DNA of 64,000 nucleotides from the IMG/VR virus record IMGVR_UViG_3300037484_000435, positions 64,001 to 128,000 of that record, one strand, 5' to 3'. Both the position numbers and the translations under genes were made by a program. The number at the start of each line of letters is the position of its first letter. The stretch's first letter is position 1. Origin of the DNA: a virus (taxonomy: Duplodnaviria > Caudoviricetes). Positions 6,816 to 16,816 of the stretch are shown here, in pieces. The notes beneath the pieces were generated by a model. The model was not told where the DNA came from. It was given only the letters and a program-made list of their open reading frames with translations, and did not search any database.

Positions 6816-7175
6816 CAAGAAAGGACAACATCTGTGGGATGGACAGTTGAAGAAAAAAAGTCAGACTTGGAAACGGTGTTAAATGTTTACAAGGACGGTA
6901 AGATAAAGGGCGTTATTGATGTCACCCTTTATGCCAACGGACCTTGCGTAAAGTACTTGACCGCAATAACCAGTGAAGATGGACCTGCCATGGTGCAGAT
7001 CGCCACACAATACCTCCAAGAACATTACGGTTATCCCTATGGGGTATTTGCTTATGTCTATGACTACAAGGAATATGAAAAGGATTGGTTAGAGAAAGCT
7101 GATTTCAAATTCTTCCGTAACATGGACGAAGGCAAAAGGCTAATGTTCAAATTGGAACCTCCCTTGGTAAACTAG
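6786..7175 (+). CDS. hypothetical protein (true start probably downstream of the tRNA)
   Basis: ORF track; 5' part overlaps tRNA-Thr(CGT). Confidence 0.5.
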   Translation: MVWVQVPRGAQERTTSVGWTVEEKKSDLETVLNVYKDGKIKGVIDVTLYANGPCVKYLTAITSEDGPAMVQIATQYLQEHYGYPYGVFAYVYDYKEYEKDWLEKADFKFFRNMDEGKRLMFKLEPPLVN

Positions 7176-7182
7176 GAAAACT

Positions 7183-7476
7183 ATGTTATCACCAGAAATC
7201 ATCAAAGAAATATCAAAAATAGAAACACATGAGGATTGCAAAGAAGCTTGGGACCTGATTCGAATAAGGCTATCTAGAATAGTAGCCTCAGAGGCTCAAA
7301 ACTTTAGAGTCGGACAAAAAGTTTGGTTCATGTCTAAAAAGCTGGGCGGAAATCGTATTATGGGGACCGTAACAAGGATTAACAAAAAGTCTATCTCTGT
7401 AGAGACTACGTTGGGAAAATGGAATGTTGCCCCATCCCTTTTGAATCCTGTCGAAACTAAAAACAAGACGGCCTAA
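7183..7476 (+). CDS. hypothetical protein, SH3/KOW-like
   Basis: FRVGQKVWF...GTVTRINKKSISV pattern; SD AGGA. Confidence 0.55.
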   Translation: MLSPEIIKEISKIETHEDCKEAWDLIRIRLSRIVASEAQNFRVGQKVWFMSKKLGGNRIMGTVTRINKKSISVETTLGKWNVAPSLLNPVETKNKTA

Positions 7477-7494
7477 CAAGAAAGGAAACACAAA

Positions 7495-9288
7495 ATGAAA
7501 TTCGGAAAAGTAGCACTGATTGGTATTCTTGCTTTATCAGTTCTCATTTTCACAGGCCCAGACCTCACCGTTTACGCAAAGGGAGGTGGCGGGAGTTCTA
7601 GTAGTAGCAGGAGTAGTTCAAGTAGCTTCTCCTCAAGCAAAAGCAGTTTCTCCTCTTCGTCTTCCTATTCCAAACCTTCTCTCCCCTCTTCCAGCTCGGG
7701 CTATTCTAAGCCTACTACAAGCACTTGGGGTGGACGTAGCGGAGATGGAGTAGTAAGCAAACCTGCGGTTGCAACGAGTTCTGGTTATACAAAACCCACA
7801 AGCAGTAATGCTGCAAAGACGCCAGCGGGTTCTAGCGGGTACACAAAACCTAGTAGCAGTACCACCACAGCCACAACCGTAACAGCACAAAAGGTTTCGT
7901 TCTCTGGAGCAGGGAAGTCTACTTTTGATAAGGGTGCAACTACCTCTATACAGAGACAGAAGTCTGCTGAGTCACTCTCAGCTTACAAAGCAGAACAATC
8001 CAAGTTCAAACAACCAGAAAAACCATTTGATAAGAACACTTACGCTAACAACGGGCTGTACAAGAGTGCCCCAGTGTACAGTGGCTACAGTGCAAAGACA
8101 CAGATAACGGTTAGGAACAACTACTATGGCGGCATGGGCTATTCCCCGCCGATGTACTACACTTCATTTAGCCCTTCCTACGGTGTCTTTGATACAATGT
8201 TCATGTTCTGGATGCTTGATAGCATGCACACAAATGCTGAAGCTAGGGCGATGGCACATAACTACCGCAATGACCCTGGTTACCAACAGTGGAGAAGGGA
8301 CGCGGATAAACAAGCAGACACGAACGCTGAACTGAAAGCCAAGCTGGCGTCTATGGATGCCGAAATGGCCAAACTAAAAGACCAGCCTGTAAACCCTAAC
8401 TATGTACCGAAAGGAATACCTTCCGAAGCAATCGTAGCCCCGCAGGCTATGATGGCGAAGACTCCTGCTACGGCACCCTTGGTTTTTGCTAGCGGGCAAA
8501 AGTCTGGGAAGTATTTCATGTTCGCGGAAGCACTAAAGGGCAATGCAAATACGGTTGGTGTAAAAGTGGAGGCGACCGCGGGCTCTATGGAAAACCTTAA
8601 ACTGCTAATAGCGGGAAAAGCTGATATGGCTCTGGTGCAATCCGATGCGTTAGCAATGTTTGATAAGGAATTTCCGAATCAGAAACTGTCTTGTGAACAG
8701 ACTATAATCTACCCCGAATACATGCAGTTGATTGTCAATTCGAGTAGTGGTATTAAATCAATCAACGACATGCTGGATGGAAAGACAGAAGTCTGTTTTC
8801 CTAAGGGAAGTGGTAGTGCGGTATCGTGGGACGCCTTGTGCGAAAAGGACCCGAAGTATAAAAAGATACCAGTCAGACATATCCTGATGAATAGTGAGAG
8901 TGTTAATGAAGTCGCAAAGAACTCTAAACTTGCTCTCTTTCTGGTTGCGGGACTTAATGCCCCAGCTATGCAACAAGCAGAAAAGATTGCGAAAGAAAAG
9001 GGAACTCTGCAGTTGGCTTCTATTGAAGACACACACATGCTGGACAAAACAGACAGCCACGGGAACAAAGTTTACACCTATTACGAGATTACCAAAGATA
9101 CTTATCCCGCTCTACAAAAGGGCTGGTGGTTCTTCAAGCGTGACGTAAAGACCTTGGGTGTTGACGCTGTATTGGTTTTGCGTACAGCATGGGTTGAACA
9201 GTATGGGCAGGAAGCTCTTGAGGCCCTTACTCTATCGGTTTTGGAAACAAAGTCTGAAGTTGACCGAACAATCATAGCAAAAAGGTAA
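7495..9288 (+). CDS. exported Ser/Gly-rich protein fused to a TAXI-family TRAP solute-binding domain
   Basis: signal-like N-terminus, SSGY(S/T)KP repeats, C-terminal SGKYFMFAEALK...TAGSMENLKLLIAGKADMALVQSDA. Confidence 0.7.
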   Translation: MKFGKVALIGILALSVLIFTGPDLTVYAKGGGGSSSSSRSSSSSFSSSKSSFSSSSSYSKPSLPSSSSGYSKPTTSTWGGRSGDGVVSKPAVATSSGYTKPTSSNAAKTPAGSSGYTKPSSSTTTATTVTAQKVSFSGAGKSTFDKGATTSIQRQKSAESLSAYKAEQSKFKQPEKPFDKNTYANNGLYKSAPVYSGYSAKTQITVRNNYYGGMGYSPPMYYTSFSPSYGVFDTMFMFWMLDSMHTNAEARAMAHNYRNDPGYQQWRRDADKQADTNAELKAKLASMDAEMAKLKDQPVNPNYVPKGIPSEAIVAPQAMMAKTPATAPLVFASGQKSGKYFMFAEALKGNANTVGVKVEATAGSMENLKLLIAGKADMALVQSDALAMFDKEFPNQKLSCEQTIIYPEYMQLIVNSSSGIKSINDMLDGKTEVCFPKGSGSAVSWDALCEKDPKYKKIPVRHILMNSESVNEVAKNSKLALFLVAGLNAPAMQQAEKIAKEKGTLQLASIEDTHMLDKTDSHGNKVYTYYEITKDTYPALQKGWWFFKRDVKTLGVDAVLVLRTAWVEQYGQEALEALTLSVLETKSEVDRTIIAKR

Positions 9289-9295
9289 ATAAAAA

Positions 9296-10027
9296 ATGGC
9301 AAGTACTTGGGCATTGTTCCGAGAAATAGCCAAAAAAAAGTTGACTTGGGGGAGTAGCACTGTCGAGAAACCACGTATCGACCGTGACCTCCCCTTAGGA
9401 CTTCGTATTGGCTCGTTGGTAAGTATTATGTCGGTGGACGCAATACTCGCAGGCGATCAGCTTAAAATCAAAATGCCTACACAAGACCTTATGGTTGTGG
9501 CGTATGGCAAGTTCGATGTGAACCCATTTAAGGGCCACCGATTCTATCTGTCGGCAGATTCGGGGGAACTTTTCACCCTACAGGTTGTCACAAATACAAA
9601 GGGCGAGATAGATGACTGCAAACTATTCTCCCTCCACGACGAAATCATCACAAATGACTGGGACTTCTGGCTCAACGAACGAGACGGATATATTGGGTAC
9701 AGCGTTTTCCAATTAAAACCAGAAGATGGTGGTGTTACTTATTTCCGTGCTTGGGATAACGAACTGGAACAGGTTGTTATTGAACAAAACGAAGAAGGAA
9801 ATATTACACGTATTCCCCCTGTCGAACTTACTGAAACAATTTATGGTGACCCGTTTGCTGGTGAAGTTAGAAGAGTAAAACACACGTCCATGCTCTATGG
9901 GCGTGACGTTACTGACTCGGTACAAGAATACATGATGGTGTCCGTCGCTGAAGACAAAGACGGTGCTAGCATCCAAATTATTATCGGGCTCCCATTGGAA
10001 CCCGCATCTATCAAAGTTCTATTCTAA
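9296..10027 (+). CDS. DUF2491/YjfK-like protein
   Basis: LPLGLRIGSLV start of domain; position next to a PspA-like gene. Confidence 0.55.
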   Translation: MASTWALFREIAKKKLTWGSSTVEKPRIDRDLPLGLRIGSLVSIMSVDAILAGDQLKIKMPTQDLMVVAYGKFDVNPFKGHRFYLSADSGELFTLQVVTNTKGEIDDCKLFSLHDEIITNDWDFWLNERDGYIGYSVFQLKPEDGGVTYFRAWDNELEQVVIEQNEEGNITRIPPVELTETIYGDPFAGEVRRVKHTSMLYGRDVTDSVQEYMMVSVAEDKDGASIQIIIGLPLEPASIKVLF

Positions 10028-10039
10028 AGGAGACAACAA

Positions 10040-10792
10040 ATGGCAGGAGTATTTGGTTTTCTGAGTTCATTTGGTAAGGAAAAAGCAAAGGATGCTCAAG
10101 AAGGTTTCTTGCAGAAACTGGTTGCTTGGGACCCTGAAACTGCTTCAAGAGCAGAGATTGAGGAAATGATTAAGGAACTCGATCAGATTACAATCGAAGC
10201 AGGAAAAGCCAGTGCCGAGTTCAAGAAAGAAAAGGCAGAAGCGGAAGCCGCTAACGCTAATTATAAAAAGTATCTGGCGGCAGCAGAACTTCTGAATTCA
10301 CAGGTAGAATCTGGTGATACAAACAAGCAGGCGAGCCTAGAGAAATTGCTGGCAGAACTGGAAACCCTAAGACCCGAAGTCGAGAGGGAAGAAAGAGAAG
10401 CGAAAGAGGCCGAAGAATATTACCTCCAAGTGAAAGACTTGGCAGAAGCTACTGCGGCCAAACTGAAGACAGCTCAGTCTACCCTGGAAAGAGCTAAGAA
10501 AGACATGCGTTCCGCCGAGATCGAGAAGCAAAGAGCGGAACAGAGAGCTGCAAAAGCAGAACAGTTGGCTGGCCTACGAAAGGACTCCAGCAGTATGGGT
10601 ATTGCGTTGGCAGCAATGAACAAGCAAGCAGAGAAGGCACGCGCCGAGGCTGCTGCGTCTGGGATGAAAGCCACGCTGTTAGGTGACATGAAGAAGGAAG
10701 ACCCGAACATCGCGGAGGCCTTGAAGACCGTGGGTGGGGAAGCCCCTAAGAATGCGTCAGTAACTGAGCGTTTAGCAGCGTTACGTAAATAA
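10040..10792 (+). CDS. PspA/IM30-like coiled-coil protein
   Basis: amphipathic N-terminus MAGVFGFLSSF, long Ala/Glu/Lys coiled coil, C-terminal ERLAALRK. Confidence 0.55.
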   Translation: MAGVFGFLSSFGKEKAKDAQEGFLQKLVAWDPETASRAEIEEMIKELDQITIEAGKASAEFKKEKAEAEAANANYKKYLAAAELLNSQVESGDTNKQASLEKLLAELETLRPEVEREEREAKEAEEYYLQVKDLAEATAAKLKTAQSTLERAKKDMRSAEIEKQRAEQRAAKAEQLAGLRKDSSSMGIALAAMNKQAEKARAEAAASGMKATLLGDMKKEDPNIAEALKTVGGEAPKNASVTERLAALRK

Positions 10793-10879
10793 CATCTCAT
10801 CATTGACCTTGCCTTGCCAATGAGAACTGGGAGTCCGCTTTATGCGGGCTCTCACAACAAAAAAGAAAAGAGGAAACAC

Positions 10880-11506
10880 ATGGATTTTTTCACCATCGTT
10901 ATAATATTGTCTGTCGTTGTCGTTGTGGGTGTGGGAGTCATTGGTTACGCTTTGTTCTTTGGAAAGAAAGAAGAAGTAGGCGTGGATGCAGAGGATGTCA
11001 CACTTCTATCAGCAGGCCTTCAAGACCCCATGTTGGGAGTAGCTGCTTACACAGCGGGTAAAGCCTCACAAAAACGTAAACGAGTAGGCTGCTGTGGAGA
11101 TGATTGCAGTTGTGGAACAGATATAGATATTGCTGACGACTTTGCCGCAGCTATGGTTACTTCACTTACTGATGACCCGCCCTCAGATAGTGAATTCATA
11201 GTGGAGGAACCAGAGCCCCCTGTAGCATATAGTCATGCAAATATACTTCAAGCAGAAGACCTGACGCCGAACCCAGTATTCCATCATGTGGACCTAGGTA
11301 AGACTGAAGAACCGAGCCCTACCGTGGAAGAATCTAGGCCGTCATGGGAAGACACCCCAGCAAGTAGCTCTAGCTTTTCCCACGCTGAATACGGGAGTTC
11401 CGAAAGCTCTTCGTCCTCATCAAGCTACTCTGATAGTGGTAGTTCTTCGAGCTCATGTGATTCTGGTAGCTCGTGTGATTCTGGCGGAGGATGCGGAGGG
11501 GATTAA
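10880..11506 (+). CDS. membrane-anchored protein with Ser-rich tail ending DSGGGCGGD
   Basis: N-terminal hydrophobic helix, low-complexity C-terminus; SD GAGGA before ATG 10880. Confidence 0.65.
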   Translation: MDFFTIVIILSVVVVVGVGVIGYALFFGKKEEVGVDAEDVTLLSAGLQDPMLGVAAYTAGKASQKRKRVGCCGDDCSCGTDIDIADDFAAAMVTSLTDDPPSDSEFIVEEPEPPVAYSHANILQAEDLTPNPVFHHVDLGKTEEPSPTVEESRPSWEDTPASSSSFSHAEYGSSESSSSSSSYSDSGSSSSSCDSGSSCDSGGGCGGD

Positions 11507-11551
11507 CTAACCTTATATAGGAAAACACAGTCTTTAAACTGTTTACGCAGT

Positions 11552-11639
11552 GCGAGAGTGCTGGAATTGGTAGTCAACTATGTTTTAGAGGCATAGGCAC
11601 AACATGTGCGTGGGAGTTCGAGTCTCCCCTCTCGCACCA
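11552..11639 (+). tRNA. tRNA-Leu(TAG)
   Basis: GCGAGAG/CTCTCGC, TATGT-TTTAGAG-GCATA, variable arm, ACCA. Confidence 0.9.
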
Positions 11640-11643
11640 TAAT

Positions 11644-11727
11644 GCCGGGGTGTTGGAATTGGTAGTCTTGCGAGACTCAAAATCTTGTGTCCGAAAGGGC
11701 GTGGGGGTTCGAGTCCCCCTCCCGGTA
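11644..11727 (+). tRNA. tRNA-Leu(CAA)
   Basis: GCCGGGG/TCCCGGT, CGAGA-CTCAAAA-TCTTG, variable arm, GGGGG-TTCGAGT-CCCCC; followed by CAA, not CCA. Confidence 0.88.
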
Positions 11728-11731
11728 CAAC

Positions 11732-11816
11732 CTATCTGTTGGCGAGTCTGGTACGCCACTGGCTTTGGGAGCCAGCTTCCGCAAGGGAATCGCAGGTTCA
11801 AATCCTGCCAGATAGA
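11732..11816 (+). tRNA. tRNA-Pro(TGG) with long variable arm
   Basis: CTATCTG/CAGATAG, CTGGC-TTTGGGA-GCCAG, extra TTCC-GCAA-GGGA hairpin; followed by CAA. Confidence 0.85.
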
Positions 11817-11828
11817 CAAGACTCGAAT

Positions 11829-11878
11829 TAACTAACTTCCTAGATACTACAAAAGATTCAGTTCTAGGAGGTTGGTTA
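11829..11878 (+). promoter_or_regulatory. RBS-sequestering hairpin
   Basis: TAACTAACTTCCTAGA pairs over 16 nt with TCTAGGAGGTTGGTTA directly before ATG 11879. Confidence 0.75.
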
Positions 11879-12847
11879 ATGAGTAGAGTAGAGCACTTCG
11901 AAAGCATAAGACATCTTGGTACAGTGGCTAACAGCAACAAACGTCGGGCCGATTATTATAATAACCCGAATTACTGTAAAAATTGTGGTAAAGTAATAGA
12001 AATAAAAGAGGGGCAGAAACCCTCAGAAGTAAGGGTTAAGAAGTTCTGTAACACATCCTGTGCGGCATCTTACAACAACACAGGAATAAACAGACATGCC
12101 CGCCACGAGTTAGCTCCGGATAAATCAAACTCCGCGAAGGTTGGTGCGACGAAAGCGGCAGCAAATAGGCGTTGGAGGGCACTACGAGATTATTACCAAG
12201 ATCCGCACTACTGTAATTATTGTGGTTACTTAATCGAAGTTAGAGTTGACGAGCAAGTTAGTGATACCAAGAAAAGAAGGTTCTGTAATCAAACATGCAA
12301 GGAATTACACCACGCTAGTGGTATAATGAGGCGGGGACCAGACGAAACTGTACATACAGCAAAAAAGGTAGTTTCTAAAAGAAAAAAATTCTCTACCTCT
12401 GTAAAGACACCTTACGGAAAATGTGAGAGATGTGGGTCGAGAGTCTTTTATAGGTCGCATACTACAAAACTAGGATTTTATAAATCTCGTCAATATTGTG
12501 ATGAGTGCCTTAAAGTTATTAGATCGGAAGCATCGAAGAAGGGAAATGGTAAAAATGCTTTACCTAAACCTATTGTGGAATATACAAAAGGGGAACTCTT
12601 AGACCTAAAAGGCTACACCCGTTACAAGAACTTGTTAATAAAACATGCAAATAAGACTTTTGATGAGTCAGGGCGGGAAAGAGTGTGCGTTAAGTGTGGT
12701 TACTCCCTCGTGGATATATGCCACATTAAAGATGTGTCAGATTTCTCGGAGGATTCTCTAATAAAAGAGATTAATGATATTGCAAATTTGGTGGCTTTGT
12801 GTCCCACGCATCATCGAGAGTTCGACAAGAAATTATTTAACCTCTAG
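11879..12847 (+). CDS. HNH endonuclease with duplicated zinc-ribbon modules
   Basis: two YYxxPxYCxxCGxxIE...KxFCNxxC repeats; DICHIK...EINDIANLVALCPTHH. Confidence 0.8.
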   Translation: MSRVEHFESIRHLGTVANSNKRRADYYNNPNYCKNCGKVIEIKEGQKPSEVRVKKFCNTSCAASYNNTGINRHARHELAPDKSNSAKVGATKAAANRRWRALRDYYQDPHYCNYCGYLIEVRVDEQVSDTKKRRFCNQTCKELHHASGIMRRGPDETVHTAKKVVSKRKKFSTSVKTPYGKCERCGSRVFYRSHTTKLGFYKSRQYCDECLKVIRSEASKKGNGKNALPKPIVEYTKGELLDLKGYTRYKNLLIKHANKTFDESGRERVCVKCGYSLVDICHIKDVSDFSEDSLIKEINDIANLVALCPTHHREFDKKLFNL

Positions 12848-12860
12848 AGGAACAAAACAA

Positions 12861-13580
12861 ATGTCTGAATCTATCTATTTTCAGGTAGAAGCCAACTTCG
12901 GAAAAGAGTGGCAAAGGAACGGGCAGAAACACACAACTTTTGAAATGGCAGCAAGTATGGCTAAACATTTTCAACGTATGGCCCGAGTAAGGATAGTCAA
13001 AACTACTGAGGAAATTCAAGAAGAGATTATCACTTTAGAAGGAACGTAAACAAAAGGAGGCAAAATCATGGCCGAATTAGATATGGACCACACAGTTACC
13101 ATACGAGAGCTGGTCCACCTAGCACACTTTCTCAGGTCTGAGCACGGTGAAAACGACGAATACGATCGGGCTTTGCTAGAGCTCGTAACAGACGCGGCAC
13201 ACATTCCTCAAAATGATAGAACTATTGTTGCGAGGGCAATAGGTATACCTGACTACATTCATAGGAAATGAGCCATGACACACTGGACAGAAAGAAGCAC
13301 AGAAGACTATCTCTACAGTATTGTCGCTGATTTTGCTTTACAGATTGAAGAACTGTGCGAAGAAGACAACCTTGAAGAAGGTTTTATGGAAGAGCCCGAG
13401 ACAATCACATTAGAAAAGATTATCAAATTGGCTCGTTCTAAAAAGATGAAGGTGGCTTTGGTTGCCTACGACGACAATGACCCTGATAACGAACGTGGTC
13501 CAGTAAATGCGGATATCTTTCGGATATGCTGGGAGAAGTGTGGTAAACCAACAACCTTTTTTGACCTAGAAGAGACGTAA
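12861..13580 (+). other. three small hypothetical phage ORFs
   Basis: tightly packed ORFs 12861-13049, 13068-13271, 13275-13580 with SD-like sites. Confidence 0.55.
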
Positions 13581-13581
13581 T

Positions 13582-13666
13582 GCGGACGTGATGGAATTGG
13601 TAGTCAACAAAGTCTGAGAGGCTTTGGCACATATTGTGCGTAGGAGTTCGACTCTCCTCGTCCGCA
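13582..13666 (+). tRNA. tRNA-Leu(GAG)
   Basis: GCGGACG/CGTCCGC, AAAGT-CTGAGAG-GCTTT, variable arm; followed by CAA. Confidence 0.88.
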
Positions 13667-13826
13667 CAAGAAAGGAACATATTATGAGTATAAGTTTTGG
13701 TTCCAAAATAGTAAGGGACAAAGACGGTAGTGAACACCTTGTCGCTACCATACGTGTAGGTTCTGGGGGACATATAGTTCCTGCCTCTATCAAGGTAGAG
13801 CAAAAAGAAGAAGGAAAGGATACAAA

Positions 13827-15589
13827 ATGAAAACATTTTTGATTACATGCATACTGTTGGTGTGCTTCGCAGGAGTTGGGTTTTGTGAAGAGGCTAAACA
13901 GCTTACGGGACCTCAGGCACTGATAGCGGGACCCCAAACAGTTGTTGGAAAAGAAATAGTTGCGGTCGCACAAAGCATCACGACAGTCTCCGAAGATTTT
14001 ATGAAAACCTCCATCGGAAGTGTTGCCTACTACGCACTGATGTGGAAACTACTGATAAAGCCTGTCCTCAACATTGCATTGGGTATCCCTATCTGGGCCC
14101 TGCTGAATTACTTGTTGTGGGTGTTGACCATGAAATTCTTCGGAACAGAACGAGTAGAGACCAACTGGGCAGATGGTAAGAAGGATGTTAGTTACGTTCC
14201 CACATTTACGTTTCGAAATGATGGGGCAGTGGGAGCCGGAATAGCTCTTGCGAGTCTTGCGTGTATTGTGAATACATGTGGATTCCTTGTTGTGTTCTGT
14301 TAAGGATATAAAATGTCAGCAGTAAAACCCATAACGCCAGACGAGGTTGTTGAAAGAAAAAAGGAAACTATTCCTGATATAGTATTTGAAGTATTCAATT
14401 ACCTTATAGCGGAAAACTTTAATGGCCACTCTGCCACAATCTTACAAAAAGAAGTCGACGCCTTACTTAAAAAGAAAAAGGTAAACGTAGATGAAGCTTA
14501 TAAGAGACACTGGTTAGACGTCGAGGACATTTATCGTGGGGCTGGGTGGGATGTAGCTTACGACAAACCTGCGTATAATGAAACTTACGAAGCCAGTTTT
14601 GAATTTCGGCCCGCCAAGAAGCGAAAGGCCCAATTCTTTGAGCGGAGGGGTTAACATATGGAACAAACCAAGATGGACTTCTCTCCAGATTTTCCTGAGC
14701 TTTCTTTTACTTCTCGTAAGAAAGTCGTTACTGAACATAGGGTAACTATTTTTGGAAAGGATATGGATGCTGTAGATTTTTATGATTGGTTGAGCTGGCT
14801 AGCAGGCTCTCGCTACACCGAAGACTTTCCACCTTCGCCTAGCTCTAGGATTTATGATGACGACAGAGATTTATTCCAGAAGTTAGGCTTGGTAGACCAA
14901 CGTGACAATTGGGTATGGGAAAGGCTAGATAAATTTCTGGAATACTTTGGGGAGATTTTTGAAAAGTTAGAGGAAAACGAAGACCCAGATTATTATCTGG
15001 ACGAGGAATAAATGGAAATTGTGAAAGATAATACGGACGTATTCGTAGGGGAACCTGTAGAGAGTAATCTATGGGATATACCCCTGTTTCAAACAACTAG
15101 AGAAGAGGACCAATACGTTACAAGTATTGTAGACGAACTCTTTCCTGAACAAGGGAAAGAAAGAATTCATGCTTTGCATCTGATTGACCGCCTATATTAT
15201 GAGGCCAAACTGAAATGTCAACAGCAGTTATTAACGATGTTCCAGACGAGGTCGGCAAAATAATGGAGCCACATTCAGACGAATATCTCAGAGAAAACGG
15301 ATTAATCCGAGAAATGATGCAACAGGGAGAATTTGCCTGTCTAGTAGAGGTCGTTAAGGAACCTTACAGCACTTTCATTGTCCAATGGTGGTGTAGGAAG
15401 ACGGATAAAGAGTATGAGGCTAGTGCAGATAAGCTGTTAGACGCCTTAGCTAGCGTATTAGGGCAAGCACATGTAGACCCCAAACCTTGGGTAACCGAGG
15501 AAGAGTGTGCAGAGACAGCGGAGAGATGTAAAATAAAAATCTATATACCTGACCCTGAGCATCCGTTCAGGCCTAGGCATTTAGATTAA
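13827..15589 (+). other. run of small hypothetical ORFs (first is a membrane protein)
   Basis: abutting ORFs 13827-14303, 14313-14654, 14658-15011, 15012-15263 and about 15263-15589. Confidence 0.55.
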
Positions 15590-15636
15590 GTATTAGCTAA
15601 CCTCCTAGTTATGATAAAAGCACTGGGAGGTCGAAC

Positions 15637-16452
15637 ATGGGGATTGACAGAAGGACGTGGACGGACAAACAATTGGTTGAAGCGGTCGCTTCCTGTACAA
15701 GTATGTCTGCAGTTATTAGGAAACTGGGTCTAAAAGTTCACTCAGGAAATTATAGGACTTTACGGTATTATATTGACCAACTAGAGTTGGATACAGGACA
15801 TTGGGTACCATGGACTTTACCTGCCCAAGAACTCACCAACAAGATGTCTTTACAAGATGCCTTAGTTGCTGATAGCCCTTACAAAAATAATACTCATCTG
15901 AAGAAACGCTTGTTACGGGAAGGAATACTAGCTAATAAATGTGTACAATGTGGTCTTGAAGGTATGTGGTGTGAAGAACCAATAGTTATGAGGTTAGACC
16001 ATATTAATGGAAACTGCAGGGACAATAGATTAGAAAATCTTAGAATACTTTGTCCCAATTGTGATAGCCAGACAGATACATTTGCGGGTCGAAATAACAA
16101 AAATGTAAAAAAGGTTCGTTTTTGTTCCTCGTGCGAAAAACCAGTTACAAATAACTCGAAGACTGGTTTATGTAGGAACTGTTCCCTTACACAGAATAGA
16201 GCAAGGATTCCTAAAAATGAATACCCTATCTGCAATCTACCTGAATGCGGTGTAAGAGTAACTCGTAGAAGTAATAAGTATTGTTCTTCAGAATGCGCGA
16301 GTAAGAGCAGACGGTTGGTAGAACGGCCATCAAAGGAACAATTGCAAAAAGATATTCAATCTTTGAATTTTCTTACCTTAAGCAAGAAGTACGGAGTATC
16401 GGATAACGCGGTAAGGAAATGGGCACAAAGTTACAATTTGTCGTATAAATAA
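15637..16452 (+). CDS. HNH endonuclease with C-terminal HTH
   Basis: MRLDHINGNCRDNRLENLRILCPNCDSQT; SD inside hairpin ACCTCCTAG/CTGGGAGGT (15600-15631). Confidence 0.85.
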   Translation: MGIDRRTWTDKQLVEAVASCTSMSAVIRKLGLKVHSGNYRTLRYYIDQLELDTGHWVPWTLPAQELTNKMSLQDALVADSPYKNNTHLKKRLLREGILANKCVQCGLEGMWCEEPIVMRLDHINGNCRDNRLENLRILCPNCDSQTDTFAGRNNKNVKKVRFCSSCEKPVTNNSKTGLCRNCSLTQNRARIPKNEYPICNLPECGVRVTRRSNKYCSSECASKSRRLVERPSKEQLQKDIQSLNFLTLSKKYGVSDNAVRKWAQSYNLSYK

Positions 16453-16456
16453 CAAT

Positions 16457-16540
16457 GGGCAGGTAGGGAAACGGCTTACCCCACCTCGCTGTAAACGAGG
16501 CGCTTCGGCTTTGGAGGTTCAAATCCTCCCCTGCCCACCA
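16457..16540 (+). tRNA. tRNA-Tyr(GTA)
   Basis: GGGCAGG/CCTGCCC, CCTCG-CTGTAAA-CGAGG, variable arm, ACCA. Confidence 0.9.
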
Positions 16541-16816
16541 CAAGCATAGGAGCAAATATGAGCAACGATATTGGGTCACGTTTTCGATCGATCGCAACAC
16601 ACCAACTAATGGCAATAAGTGGTGCCGCAAAAATGTACAGTGTAGACGAGGTAGTATTTGTTAAGAGGGCTCTCGGAGAAAAAGCTACCTATCTGACACA
16701 GGTCGCTGACCTATGTTACAATGACGCGGTTTTGGTTTTAGAATACGCTAGAAGTCTTATGGCTATTAAAGATGGCGTCCGAGAAGGCGAGCTCGTAATG
16801 AAGATAGCAGACCTAG

